Below are positions 13,901 to 25,960 of a DNA stretch of 47,265 bases, piece by piece (within the stretch, counting starts at the first letter, position 1; each line of letters begins with the position of its first letter). The DNA lies in NCBI RefSeq assembly GCF_001194135.2, contig NC_068996.1:30675749-30723013 (forward strand), read 5' to 3'. Source of the DNA: Octopus bimaculoides (lineage: Eukaryota). Position numbers and translations under genes: made by a program. The notes below the pieces were generated by a model that was given only the letters and a program-made list of their open reading frames with translations, had not been told where the DNA came from and did not search any database.

Positions 13901-14037
13901 GATTCATAACTGTTGTTAGAAGTTAGTCATTTACATGCTTGTAGGAAAGTCAATTTCATTTTTTGCCTTGGTTTTTCTGAGTCAGTGATCAAGGTTGAGA
14001 GTTCAAATCACTGTCAATCTTGTATTAATGTGTGGTT

Positions 14038-16137
14038 TTATTGTTGACGTGAGCGGCGCACTTTGTCTTCCTGTTGTCGGGAATGTCGATGGCGGTTTTG
14101 GCGGCGCTGATAGTTTGCATCATTGCTGCCTCCACTAGGGGCAATGCTAGAGCCACCACCACTGTGGTCACTATTATGATGAAGGCGACGTTGATGCTGA
14201 TGATGCTGTTGTTTGTGAGGACGATGTTGCTGCACGTGCTTATCATATTTAACATTGTTAACATCAGCAGCATCAACAACTACTGTAGGACCAGCATCAG
14301 TTGTCATAGTTCTATCAGCATCAGCAGCAGCATCAACATCAACACGAGATCGTGGAGGGAGTGGTGGTGGTGTTGGTGAAGCTGATGAAGATGCTGGTTG
14401 TTCTTGTGGTGTTGCAGGTGCCGCTTCCACCATGTAACTGCCATGTCTTTTACCATTGCTGTTATCATTGGGATGATACTGGTAGTCAGTATGACTGCGA
14501 TGACGCTCTTTGTCCTCCTCATCATTTTCTTCATTGTAATAATCATAATAATCGTCATAATTATTGTCAGCATGTGCTTCTGCGTCATCATAGTCATAAA
14601 ATTCCCCATATTCTGCATCATCATGTTCTCCACCACCTGGCAATGGGGGTACTGCCTGGTCAGTATGACCTATCCGACCATGCCGAGCAGCATGCATGAG
14701 TAGTGCATAAACCTCTCGATGTCCACTTTTCAGTGCAACACGCAGGGGTGTCCGACCATAGCGGTCAGCACGTGATGGATCAGCTCCATGTGCAAGCAAA
14801 GTACGTACCACACCAGCATGTCCCTCTTGTGAGGCTACACACAAAGCTGTTGCTCCCTGGCTGCAAGCACGGTCTACAGCAGCACCACGTCTCAATAGCG
14901 CGCGTGCCACACCTGCGTGGCCACGCCAAGCGGCTGATTGCAGTGGTGTGCGTTGCTCATTGTCAGCGGCATCTAAATCTGCACCACCCACATCTGCAAG
15001 CAGGCGTACCATGTCAACATGACCTTGCCAGGCAGCCACATGTAATGCAGTTCGTCCTTCTGGGTCAACACCTTCCACGTCAGCGCCATTGGCCAGCAAA
15101 AAGGCAGCCATGCGCACACGGTTCTCCAGTGCTAATACATACAATGTTGAGCGGCCATCGGCATCATGGTAATTTGGATCAGCCAAACATCCAGTTCCCA
15201 GAATTGAGCCCAATGGTCCGCCACCGCCACCACCAACACTGTAGCTAATGGGTCCACCACATAACCGCTGTTTTCTCTTGATGGGAAGAGGTACAGCAAC
15301 AGATGTAGTGTTGGCAACGGTGGGGATGGGAGCAGATGCTGCAATAGCAGTGGAAGGAGTAGAGGTGACAGCAGCACTGAAAGCAGAACTAGTAGCAGCA
15401 ATAAATGCAGAAGGTGTAGAGTCTGCTGCAAAATTGGCAACAGAAGAAGGTATGGCAGAAGCAGAGTTCCGATGTCGAATTCGGGTTGGAGAGCGGTGAC
15501 GTGGAGGCAGTGGTGGTGGTGAGGGTGAAAAGTTACGGCAGGTATCAGTTTCTTCATCTGCTCCTGGTACTTGTGTTGGTGGTGGTGGTGTCGAATGTGA
15601 ATGCTGTGAAGGTGACTGTAATTCAGAATCTGGGTCCAGTTGCAAATGTGTCTGTGCATGTAGTTGCGAGTGTGAGGGTGACTGTGTGGGTGAGTGTGAT
15701 GGAGAGTGAAGCAACAGTGTCTCTGGTGAATGGAGTGCTCGAGAGTGAGGCTGTGGTTGAGGGTTGTAGCCACGGCGCCGGCGCCTGCGGACGCCTAGCT
15801 GTGGTGGCAATGGAGGGGATGAAGAAAATGGTTCACCATCCCCACCTTCTCCTACACCCCCACTTCCCCCACCAACCAAAATGAGACCACAGCCTCGTTC
15901 GGGAGGATAAGGGTGTCCAAGCAGCAAAAGGCTGGCTACAGCTTCGTGGCCTTCCAGGCAGCTGACTCGTAGTGCTGTCTTGCCATCATGTGAACGCTGA
16001 TCCACACTAGCACCATGTCGTAGCAGACCCTCCACTACAGAGAGATTTCCCTCCTGGGCTGCTAGTATGAGGGCATGGCGACCGTCATTGTCTGTCTCGT
16101 TCACTTTTGCACCGTGTTCAATCAGTATGTCACAGAC
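14038..16137 (-). CDS. ANKRD50: ANKRD50 last coding exon (699 aa plus TAA): 7 ankyrin repeats, a 244-aa insert and a low-complexity tail
   Basis: Acceptor TTTGCAG|GTC at 16138/16137. [30 protein letters not shown] continues the ankyrin repeat left open by the previous exon (AAYEGHRK|). Also contains [30 protein letters not shown]. Stop TAA at 14040-14038. Confidence 0.92.
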   Translation of the reverse strand, partial: VCDILIEHGAKVNETDNDGRHALILAAQEGNLSVVEGLLRHGASVDQRSHDGKTALRVSCLEGHEAVASLLLLGHPYPPERGCGLILVGGGSGGVGEGGDGEPFSSSPPLPPQLGVRRRRRRGYNPQPQPHSRALHSPETLLLHSPSHSPTQSPSHSQLHAQTHLQLDPDSELQSPSQHSHSTPPPPTQVPGADEETDTCRNFSPSPPPLPPRHRSPTRIRHRNSASAIPSSVANFAADSTPSAFIAATSSAFSAAVTSTPSTAIAASAPIPTVANTTSVAVPLPIKRKQRLCGGPISYSVGGGGGGPLGSILGTGCLADPNYHDADGRSTLYVLALENRVRMAAFLLANGADVEGVDPEGRTALHVAAWQGHVDMVRLLADVGGADLDAADNEQRTPLQSAAWRGHAGVARALLRRGAAVDRACSQGATALCVASQEGHAGVVRTLLAHGADPSRADRYGRTPLRVALKSGHREVYALLMHAARHGRIGHTDQAVPPLPGGGEHDDAEYGEFYDYDDAEAHADNNYDDYYDYYNEENDEEDKERHRSHTDYQYHPNDNSNGKRHGSYMVEAAPATPQEQPASSSASPTPPPLPPRSRVDVDAAADADRTMTTDAGPTVVVDAADVNNVKYDKHVQQHRPHKQQHHQHQRRLHHNSDHSGGGSSIAPSGGSNDANYQRRQNRHRHSRQQEDKVRRSRQQ

Positions 16138-17082
16138 CTGCAAACAGATAGAGATATAGATAAATATATGTAGATGTATTTATATGAAATACACTCACAC
16201 ATACACTCACATGCACATATGTATGTATGAAACACAGATCAAATATATGAAACAAAAACACTTTGAACAAGCCTTCTTCCTCTTCACAAGCATACATAGA
16301 CATTGGTCTAGCCTCAACCCTATTCACTACCAAGTAACATAGAAACATTCTTTGTCATAAATCTTCAACACTCAGTCTCTAATACTTCAATAATGTCCAC
16401 ATTACACTCTGTATTCTAACTTTATTCTGAAATATACATGCATGCTGTAAAATCCATTCATTCCATTTTATCTCTTTTACCTGAAGTTCATCAACAATAA
16501 AGTCTGTTTATGATCAACTTCTGATTCTTCTACACTGAAGCCTCTATCACTCTCCAAACAACTATCAGCTATTTGATCATCTCAGTTTCTGTACATCATA
16601 CATCTTATATAAAGTCATCATCTTAAATTACGTTTTGTATACTACTCCTCTAGGCTCTTATACTTATCCCACACTGATTCTGCAAAAGATAAAGTCCTAA
16701 TCATCCCGCTGCCACCTATCTATCTACACCAGTTCACAGCCATGACGGATACACTGACACTAAATATGCATGATCTTTTTCTTACCTAGAAACCTATCCC
16801 TAACCAGCCGTCATTGACTCTGTACCTACTGGATTAAGTGATCTGCCACCAAGACAAATCACAATACAGTCTCCTAAATATAAAATATACTTACTATTCA
16901 ATATTCAAGTACTTCAAATGAAATAAATGGTGGGAGTTCTGACAAATGTAAGTTACAATAGCACCACCAACAGAAACAGCAACAATGACTCAAACAATCG
17001 AATCAAAACTGACAATGGCACCTCCAACACAAATAGTAGATGTTAAAATAGAAAAATGAAAAGAATGAGTCAAGTCTCTCAC

Positions 17083-18918
17083 CTTTCTATGTCCTTCGTA
17101 TGCAGCCATGTGTAAAGGAGTCCACCCAGCATTATCCTTATGCATTTCATCCAGCCCTCGCTCCAGTAGAAGTCCCACAACATCTGCATCACCTTGGGCA
17201 GCAGCCACGCTCAGCACAGTGCGTCCTTCCCCGTCAATGGCATCAACTGCAGCATTCCAGTAAAGCAACTGACGAACAACACCTGCATGGCCAGCTGCTG
17301 CAGCTGCTAGCAGTGGTGTACGTCCAGCAGTGTCGGCAGCATCAACGTCTGCATCCCATTCTAAAAGCAACTCACATGCTTCTTCACGACCTTCATGAGC
17401 GGCTACCAACAGAGGAGTGGCACCGTCAAGGTCTCTGTGGTCAACAAACGCACCCCGGGCAAGCAGCAATGCTACAACTGCATCATGGTTTTGATGCTGG
17501 TATTGCTGCTGCTGTTGCTCTTCTTGTGCCATGCCATTGCTGATGGCAGCAGAGGAGACGTTCTGGGGTGGGTAACTTTGATCATGTCCTTGCTGTTGGC
17601 TGAATGCACTTGCTCGTCCTTCCTTTTGTCTCTCTAGTTTGCTTATATCATCCACTATTTCTCCCTCTGTGCCAAGATCATTGTCATTGACGGTGGGGTA
17701 TTTCTTTTTCCCCCTTGTTCCTGCCTCTAAACAACCCCTTGTACCATCATCATTGTCTTCATCATCATCCCGAATATTTACATTTCCAAGCTGAGTATCA
17801 TATTCACACTCATCAGCATCCTGATTGACTGTTCCAGGAGAAACGAATGCAACAAAACCTGTGCCACAAAGTGAAGCAGCCACAGAGAGGGCAGTTCGGC
17901 CATCAGCATCTTCATGGTCTACAGATGCACCAACATCAAGGAGATGTTCTACAATGGAAGCATGTCCCATGTATGCAGCAGCAATGAGAGCAGTTCGTCC
18001 CTCGCTGTCGCAGCGGTTCACATCAGCATGATGTGCAAGGAGACAACGGACAGCAGATTCTCGGCCACCCCATGCAGCAGCACGTAATGCTGTTCTTCCA
18101 CCAGCATCACAACGGTCAACCTGGGCACCAGCAGCTAATAAAGCTTCAACAACACCAGTGTGGCCACCCCAGGCAGCAGAACGGAGAGGTGTCCAGCCAT
18201 CATTATCAGCTGCATCAGTGAGCTCTGGAGCTTGAGGTGACCCGAGAAGCACTTCTACCACTGCCAGATGTCCCTGACGGGCAGCTATATTTAGTGCAGT
18301 CTGGCCGTAAGCATCTGAAATGCAAGGATTGGCTCCTAGGGCAAGTAGTTCAACAGTAGCTTTAGCATCTCCACGTGCCGAGCATTCATGCAACATGGCA
18401 GAAAGGTCTGCAGCTTCATTTTCTGCATCAGTTGTCCCTATGCTTTCCATCGCTTCACCACTGCTGCGAAGTTGGCGAAGTCTCTCCAGAGTTGCATTCA
18501 GCCGATGCTCATATATGAAATCTTCTTCAGCATCATTATTTGCAAGGGAGATGTGTTCATCTTCTACTTTTGCTTCGTCTTCTATATCACAAGGTACGTT
18601 GACATTGGTGGCAGTGGTGGGACTAATATTGGTGCAGGTGAGGTTGTTTTTGCTATCACTGACACCACTAAAACCATCATCATCAACATCATCATTATCA
18701 TCATTGTTGTTGTTGTCACGATTACGAATGGATGATATAGTCGGGGTTGCTAAGGTGGGTGATTGGGAAGTTGGTGCCACTGTGCTAGGTATTTCATCAA
18801 GGACAACACTGTGAGGAGAGCTTTCATTTTGGCTGTGAGGTGACATGCTTACATTACTGGAGCGATGGTGCTTGTGATCATTGTTGTTGGTGGAGTTGTT
18901 TGATACAGCTTTTTCATA
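17083..18918 (-). CDS. ANKRD50: ANKRD50 middle coding exon (612 aa): linker and about 9-10 ankyrin repeats
   Basis: Acceptor TTTTCTTTTCTTTTTCAG|TAT at 18919/18918 and donor AAG|GTGAG at 17083/17082. Contains [79 protein letters not shown]. Confidence 0.92.
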
Positions 18919-18983
18919 CTGAAAAAGAAAAGAAAATATTACAGGAGGGTGCACACAATATACCATTGTTCTCTCTTTCTCTC

Positions 18984-18989
18984 TCTCTC

Positions 18990-19023
<34 letters not shown>

Positions 19024-19230
19024 TGTATGTATGTATGTATGTATGTATGTATGTATGTATTATGTATGTATGTATGTATGTATGTATGTATGTATGTATG
19101 TATGTATGTATGTATGTATGTATGTATGTATGTATGTATGTACGTATGTATGTATGTATGTATGTACGTATGTATGTACGTATGTATGTATGTACGTACA
19201 TACGTATGTATGTACGTACATACGTATGTA
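18984..19230. repeat. (TATG)n/(TACG) tetranucleotide microsatellite just upstream of the 18918 acceptor
   Basis: Directly visible. Confidence 0.97.
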
Positions 19231-19631
19231 TATATCTTTATATATATATATATATTAAATATAATAAATGTGAATGTCAGTGTGTCACACTTTTTCAACT
19301 TTATTCCTAGAGGCCGTAGCCCAACATATCATACCATTTTGTGAGTAAATTAAAAACATTCCAGGCTGAATCCGCACCCACAATCCTGAAATTTTGAATT
19401 CCCAAGTTTTCAATACTGTGATTGTTTTTGGCAATTATTTTATGTGATTTTTTTGTGACAAATTTTTGTAGAATAACAATTTTGATAGCTTGGAAATAAA
19501 TTTTTTGTATGTGATTTTTTGCGATGAATATGATCATCAATGAGATATGACTTTGGGTGAAGCAATTGTAACAAATTCTCCAAAACAAGTCAGAGATCTG
19601 TTTGCAGATCTTCCCATTTAGAGTCAGTAGC

Positions 19632-19865
19632 CTTTAATTGTTTCATATATATTCTTTTACTTGTTTACTGTGGCCATGCTGGAGCACTACCTTTAGTCAA
19701 AGAAATCAACCCCAGGACTTATTCTTTGTAAGCTTAGTACTTATACTATTGGACTCTATTGCCAAACTGCTAAGTTACGGGGACGTAAACACACCAACAT
19801 TGGTTGTCAAGCAATGGTGGGGGAACAAACACAGACACACAAACATATACATACATGTGTATGTG
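19632..19865 (-). mobile_element. SINE-family fragment
   Basis: Reverse complement of 42030-42225; also similar to 22878-23100. Three copies are present in the window. Confidence 0.7.
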
Positions 19866-20202
19866 TCTGTGTAAATAGTGTTTGTAATGTATTTCATATT
19901 GTTATTAAATAACCACACAATCATGTAGTGTATTTTCAGCTATTCTTTCTTATTTGCTCTTTCTCCTCGCACTTGCCCCACCCTTACCTGTTTCCCGTTT
20001 CCCCTCACCTACCTCTCCTCCACCTGATTCCTCCAATGCACCATTCTCCAAGCCTCTAAACAATCTACTTCCCTAGCCATCATCATACACCACATCAAGA
20101 CCCAGTCCTTACACTGGCCTATAGTTTGTGACAAAAACCCTCTCCAACGTAAATATTTGTATTTGTAAATTCTGTTGCTGGGAATCGCTTACAATACTTT
20201 GC

Positions 20203-20434
20203 TTAACCGATCAAGTCCCACTGTCCTATAAATAGGATACTAAATGAAAACATTCAATAAGCTATATCACATTGTCTCAGTGTCCTATTTATAGGACACC
20301 AAGTTTTTCCATTTCTACTTGAGGTAAAGGAATTTTAATAATTATTTTTTTTCATTTTAATGTATTTTCAATCATCTGTAAAAATTTAAAAGTAATATTC
20401 AAAGATTTAAGTACTCTGGAATTTAATGGGTTAA
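20203..20434. mobile_element. Putative TTAA-flanked (piggyBac-like) MITE
   Basis: TTAA at both ends. Degenerate terminal inverted repeats (TTAACCGATCAAGTCCCA.. vs reverse complement TTAACCCATTAAATTCCA..). Internal inverted pair TGTCCTATAAATAGGATA (20222-20239) / TGTCCTATTTATAGGACA (20281-20298). Confidence 0.5.
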
Positions 20435-22089
20435 CTGATTCTCTAATGTAACCATCTCTGGCAGACATAAATTATATAGGATCTTTGCTCCTAATATATA
20501 ATCATTACAATTTCTCCTCATCTTAGCTAAAATTAGGGTAGAGATTTTGCATTTCAGATCTTAATGCAGAGAAGTTTAAAAATGGAATGATTAAATGTGG
20601 AGAGCTAACTGTATTAGAGGAGGAATAGTGGGGTTATGGGGTGGGGTATCAAGACAGGGAATGGTGGGAGGAGATAGATAGTTCAAGAAGAGTGAGGGGT
20701 TAATACAACCCAATGTTAATTGCATCCATAGGGCCATATATTGTGATGAACTAAATCTACCAACATTATTATGGATTGCTGAGCTCCCAGAAATAGCTGT
20801 CAGACTTATAACACCTTTCTTCCACCCCCTTTAATTTTCTCTGTCGTTTGTACTATATCGTTTATACTTTGTGTAAGTTGGACCTATTAATATTTATCTG
20901 TAAGTTGGACCTATTAATAATTATCTATGTATTTATTCTTGAAAATTCATCATCTGAAAGTCTCCACCTTTTGTTTCCTCTTGTTTTGCATGTATACATA
21001 TATACATATTTTGTATTTAATACCCAAACTAATATATTTAATATAGTTGGTGTATCAAATTTGTTTATCCGCATAACTGCCTCTATACCTACTCAAATCG
21101 ATCCCTCTTATAGCCTTTCTTTACTTTGTGGAATGATCCCCTGTAAAGATACTGGAGTCAGTCTAAGTTTGAATCGTTTGAGCACTACTAAGTGTCTTCT
21201 ATATGGAGAATCTTTGGATCTCATCTGTGAACTATATATATATATATATATATATAGTCAATAAGGCATATATCAGAAAAGAAGCACACTCTAAAGAATA
21301 GAGTAGTAATTATTATATATATATATAATTAATTAATTATTTGTAGGGTTCATTAGAATCAAGGTATTTTAATATTAAGAACACTAAGCAAGGGATGAGA
21401 TCTGCACATCTGTGTATATACCATATATAAACATGCTTGCATATACCCATGCATATATGGACATATTCATACACTTACCTATACTTGTATATGAACACAT
21501 CAATATACACAAACATATAGATATACATGTACGTGAAATTATATACCCATCCACACCAGCATGCTGTTTCACGATCCAATGTAAGATCCAGATCGAACAT
21601 GAAGAAGGTTCCGGGTGAAGTGTTTACACAAAGAAAGAGCACAGATGAGTTAAAGATTCACTACAGCTCTTTCAGACGTATTTTTTTTTATTGATGAATA
21701 ATTTGATTACATCATGAAAAAACCGTTTTCTTCAGGTGAATTAAAATATTAAAATGTGGATTCGGCATCAATAAAGAAAGTGAAAACACACTGAGGTTTA
21801 GCCAGATTTCATAGGCCTATGGTTGATAAAGCAATCAATGGACAGTGCCACATTAAATAATTTCTTTAAATAGATGGTCAGAGATAAGAGATAAGAGGAA
21901 GACAGAGAGAAAGAAATAGGGAGGAGAAGGAAGAGAGGCTAGATTAAGGATTATCAGTATAGTGTAGTCAAGAAAAATGTCCTGATGTAGAAAGAGAAAC
22001 TATTGCTGACTTATAGACCATCAAACAGGAACATTTATGATAACACGTACTTATATACACTCATACGATTCAAAGCGTCCAGAAGATTC

Positions 22090-22651
22090 AGCAGGGCTTT
22101 GGTGATGATGCCATGGGCAAAATTCAGATAAAGGAACCGTACAACTGTTTCAAACATGGCTGTACTTCATTGGAGAGTAAGGCTCATCCAGACAGGCCAT
22201 CCACAAACCCAAACGAGGAAGTGGTTGAGAAGGTTCAGCAAATAGCCATGGAAGACTGTCACATAACAATCCAAGAAATTGCTCATGAAGTGAGAATAAG
22301 CATGCAGTTAGTGTGTCCCATTTTATTGGAGAATTTGTGTATGCAGAAGGTGCTGGACTGCAAAACCATGATCTAGACTTCATGAAGACTATCATCATTG
22401 ATGATGAGACATGGATTTATGGTCTCTGGTCAATGTGTTCAGTCATCTTGCATGTAAACAAAAATCTGGTGAGCATGCACTACACATCCGTGCTCTAGGT
22501 GTAAACAGTTGGGAACAGTTCGGAACTGGCACAAACATTTCCATGTATGTGCAGGAAGGGTAGCATCACCTTCCACCCAAAGGACTTTACCTCACGGCAT
22601 TAGTTTTGGCAGGTAAAAATAAAGTCAAATACTTTTTGAATGTACCTCATA
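22090..22651 (+). mobile_element. Internally deleted mariner transposase remnant
   Basis: QQGFGDDAMG...RPST...EDCHITIQEIA (HTH region), DFMKTIIIDDETWIYG (first catalytic Asp region), and a TIR-like end ...TACTTTTTGAATGTACCTCATA. Confidence 0.7.
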
Positions 22652-22877
22652 TATATGTACCCTTGTTCTGACATCATGTAATGATTGCAAATGTAAATCA
22701 CCATCATACAAGCATTGTTGTTTGCTTTCATACTTTTGTGGAAAACATGCCTGGTCATGGGAAAAGGTGAGGGTTGGTGACAGGGAGGGCATCTGGTTTT
22801 AGAAAAATTTACTTCAACAAATTCAATCTGACCCATGAAAGCATTAGAAAGTAGACATTAAATGATGATGATGATAT

Positions 22878-23100
22878 CTTTTATTCTTTTACTTGTTTCA
22901 GTCATTTGACTGGGACCTTGATGGGGCACCACCTTGAAGGGCTTTAGTTGAATGAATTGGCATCAGTATGTATCTGATACATATGCTATCAGTCTCTTGC
23001 TGAACCACTAGGTTTCAGAGACATAAACAAACCAATATCGATTGTCAAGCAACTGTGGAGGACAAACACAAACAAAAACACACACATGGGTATGTGTATA
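22878..23100 (-). mobile_element. SINE-family fragment
   Basis: CTTTTACTTGTTTCAGTCATTTGACTG... is the same family as 19632-19865 and 42030-42225. Confidence 0.65.
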
Positions 23101-23109
23101 AATATATAT

Positions 23110-23169
23110 NNNNNNNNNNNNNNNNNNNNNNNNNNNNNNNNNNNNNNNNNNNNNNNNNNNNNNNNNNNN
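23110..23169. other. Assembly gap (N-run); further gaps at 24751-25436, 43002-43392 and 44314-44641
   Basis: Runs of n, mostly flanked by (AT)n-rich sequence. Confidence 1.
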
Positions 23170-23790
23170 TATCGTTGTCGTCATCACCATCGTTTAACGT
23201 TTACTTTTCATGCTGGCATAGGTCGGATGGTTTGACTGAGAACTGACAAGACAGGAGGCTGCATTAAGCTCCAATCTGATTTGGCAAGGTTTCTACAGCT
23301 AGATGCCCTTCCTAATGCCAACCACTCTGAGAGTGTAGTGGATGCTTTTATGTGCCACCAGCACAAAAGCCAGTTAGGTGACACTGGTATTGGCTATGCT
23401 CAAATGGTGCTTTTCACATCCCACCATCACAGGTGCCAGTTAGGCGGCACTGGCATCAGCCACACTCAATGGTGCATTTTACGTGTCACTGGCACGGGTG
23501 CCAGTCAGGCAGCACTGGTGTTGGCCATGCTCATATGGTGCATTTTATGTGCCAACGGCATGGGTGCCAGTCAGGCAGCAAAGTTGTCAGCCACGACTAC
23601 GATTTCACTTGGTTTAACAGGTCTTCACAAGCATGGCATATTGCCCAACGATTGAAGAGTGCTTTTTCAAATGGGCCAGTTATGCGACACTGGCATCGGC
23701 CATGATTACAGTCGCATTTGACTTTCTGGGTCTGCTCAAGCATGGCATATCTCCAAAGGTCTTGGTCACTTGTCATTGCCTCACAATTCT
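23170..23790 (-). mobile_element. RTE LINE 3' UTR and tail fragment
   Basis: Begins with the reverse complement of the (ACG)n(ATG)n tail ...CGTTAAACGACGACGATG seen at about 47205-47232. It carries the same GTGCCAGT/GGCAC tandem subrepeats. Confidence 0.75.
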
Positions 23791-23841
23791 ATACACATAC
23801 ACACACACATATATACATACATATATATATAATAATAATAA

Positions 23842-24300
23842 TAATAATATAAATAATATATAAATATATGCATATATCCATACATATATGTACATACCTA
23901 CATCTATATGTATACATACATGCATATATGACTACAGGACATCACAAAAAAACGTTAAACACAATGAGAAACGAAAATAGAAGACAAACTCTTTTTCGAA
24001 CAACGAAAAAAACAGAGAAACAAGACATGCAACATAAAGAATATTTCCCTTGCCTTCGAAACGCGGAGTAGATGGACAGGGACAACTGATGAAAGGAAAT
24101 ATTCTTTATGTTGCATGTCTCGTTTCTCTGTTTTTTTCGTTGTTCGAAAAAAAGTTTGTTTTCTGTTTTCGTTTCTCATTGTGTTTAACATTTTTTGTGA
24201 TGTTCTGTACCCATATATGCATGTATGTATACATATAGATGTAGGTATGTACATATATGTACGGATATATGCATATATTTATATATTATTTATATTATTA
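23842..24300. repeat. Fold-back inverted repeat: arms of about 207 bp (23842-24048, 24095-24300) and a 46-bp spacer
   Basis: The arms are reverse complements with scattered mismatches (roughly 90% identical by eye). Confidence 0.9.
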
Positions 24301-24363
24301 TATGATCGAATGCCACGCATCCGTTTCCAAGTAAGTTTTTATCTATCTATCTATATATATATA

Positions 24364-24563
24364 TATTTATCTTCAGTACAGATATTTTTACAATCGAACA
24401 GAATCTCGTGCTAGTTGTCTTCAACCAGTGAACACGTGCACGTGATTCTATCCATTATAAAGATTAAAAGTCTTAGTTTTGGCACGGTTCACTGGTTGAA
24501 GACAACTAGCACGAGATTCTGTTCGATTGTAAAAATATCGGCAATCTGTACTGAAGATAAATA
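24364..24563. repeat. Second fold-back inverted repeat with a perfect 53-bp stem
   Basis: 24381-24433 is the exact reverse complement of 24487-24539. Pairing extends outward across a 7-bp indel. Confidence 0.95.
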
Positions 24564-25489
24564 GATACTTTTATTTTGGAAGTATTGATTTTGAAACTAT
24601 AGTCTGCAGATAATCGAGGTATGTACAATTTTCACTGGTCTAGCCCACCTGTTTTTGCTCTGCTGAATCCGTATTTGAGAATTTTTTAAGTGAGCTTCTT
24701 CTAGCATATTGACAGACTGGTCACTGGTCAATCTTATATACACAAGTACTNNNNNNNNNNNNNNNNNNNNNNNNNNNNNNNNNNNNNNNNNNNNNNNNNN
24801 NNNNNNNNNNNNNNNNNNNNNNNNNNNNNNNNNNNNNNNNNNNNNNNNNNNNNNNNNNNNNNNNNNNNNNNNNNNNNNNNNNNNNNNNNNNNNNNNNNNN
24901 NNNNNNNNNNNNNNNNNNNNNNNNNNNNNNNNNNNNNNNNNNNNNNNNNNNNNNNNNNNNNNNNNNNNNNNNNNNNNNNNNNNNNNNNNNNNNNNNNNNN
25001 NNNNNNNNNNNNNNNNNNNNNNNNNNNNNNNNNNNNNNNNNNNNNNNNNNNNNNNNNNNNNNNNNNNNNNNNNNNNNNNNNNNNNNNNNNNNNNNNNNNN
25101 NNNNNNNNNNNNNNNNNNNNNNNNNNNNNNNNNNNNNNNNNNNNNNNNNNNNNNNNNNNNNNNNNNNNNNNNNNNNNNNNNNNNNNNNNNNNNNNNNNNN
25201 NNNNNNNNNNNNNNNNNNNNNNNNNNNNNNNNNNNNNNNNNNNNNNNNNNNNNNNNNNNNNNNNNNNNNNNNNNNNNNNNNNNNNNNNNNNNNNNNNNNN
25301 NNNNNNNNNNNNNNNNNNNNNNNNNNNNNNNNNNNNNNNNNNNNNNNNNNNNNNNNNNNNNNNNNNNNNNNNNNNNNNNNNNNNNNNNNNNNNNNNNNNN
25401 NNNNNNNNNNNNNNNNNNNNNNNNNNNNNNNNNNNNATATATACATAAATACATACACACACACACACACACACACAAACATACATATA

Positions 25490-25625
25490 TGATGGATTTC
25501 TACTAAATCCACTCACAAGGCTGGACATATAGTAGAAGACACTTGCCTAAGGTGCCATGCAGTGAGGCTGAACTCAAAACCAAGTGGTTGGAAAGTTAAC
25601 TTCTTACCACATAGCCACACCTGTG
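25490..25625 (-). mobile_element. tRNA-derived SINE head, inverted
   Basis: Reverse complement reads GTGTGGCTATGTGGTAAG...GAGTTCAGCCTCACTGCATGGCACCTTAGGCAAGTGTCTTCTACTAT...CCTTGTGAGTGGATTT, the same family as 41833-41965. Confidence 0.7.
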
Positions 25626-25744
25626 CCTATATGTATATATAGTTTTTGTTTTATCATTTTTAAAAATTTTGTAAACCAAAAAATAGTTAGCTTTGAAAAC
25701 AATGTAAAAGTAGTAGGAATCTAATATACAACTTAGAAGCAAAT

Positions 25745-25960
25745 ATTGATTTCAAATTTTGGCACAAGGCCAAACAATTTTGGGGTGGGAATAAATCAAT
25801 TACATCAACCCCAGTGTACAAGTGGTACTTATTTAATCGACCTCAAAAGATGAAAGGCAATGTTGACCTTAGCAAAATTTGAACTCAGAATGTAAAGACA
25901 GGTGAAATGTCACTAAGCATTTTAGTTAGTGTGCTAATGATTCTGCCAGCTGACTGCCTT
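25745..25960 (-). mobile_element. tRNA-derived SINE with a Nin-domain-like core
   Basis: The minus strand has A-box-like TGGCAGAATCATTAG and B-box-like GAGTTCAAATT, then TTGCCTTTCATCTTTTGAGGTCGATTAAATAAGTACCA..CTGGGG, which resembles the recalled Nin core. Confidence 0.55.

Noticed and set aside
16560-16870. Possible further Penelope-like fragments here and at about 19900-21220
   Set aside because: Only faint motif echoes, too degraded to support a call by eye.
23360-23720. Regularly spaced GTGCCAGT/GGCAC motifs resembling a CRISPR-like array
   Set aside because: They are subrepeats of the RTE LINE 3' UTR, also present at 46870-47060. There are no unique spacers of constant length and no cas genes.
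25490-25960. tRNA genes
   Set aside because: The A/B-box-like motifs belong to SINE heads; no cloverleaf was evident.
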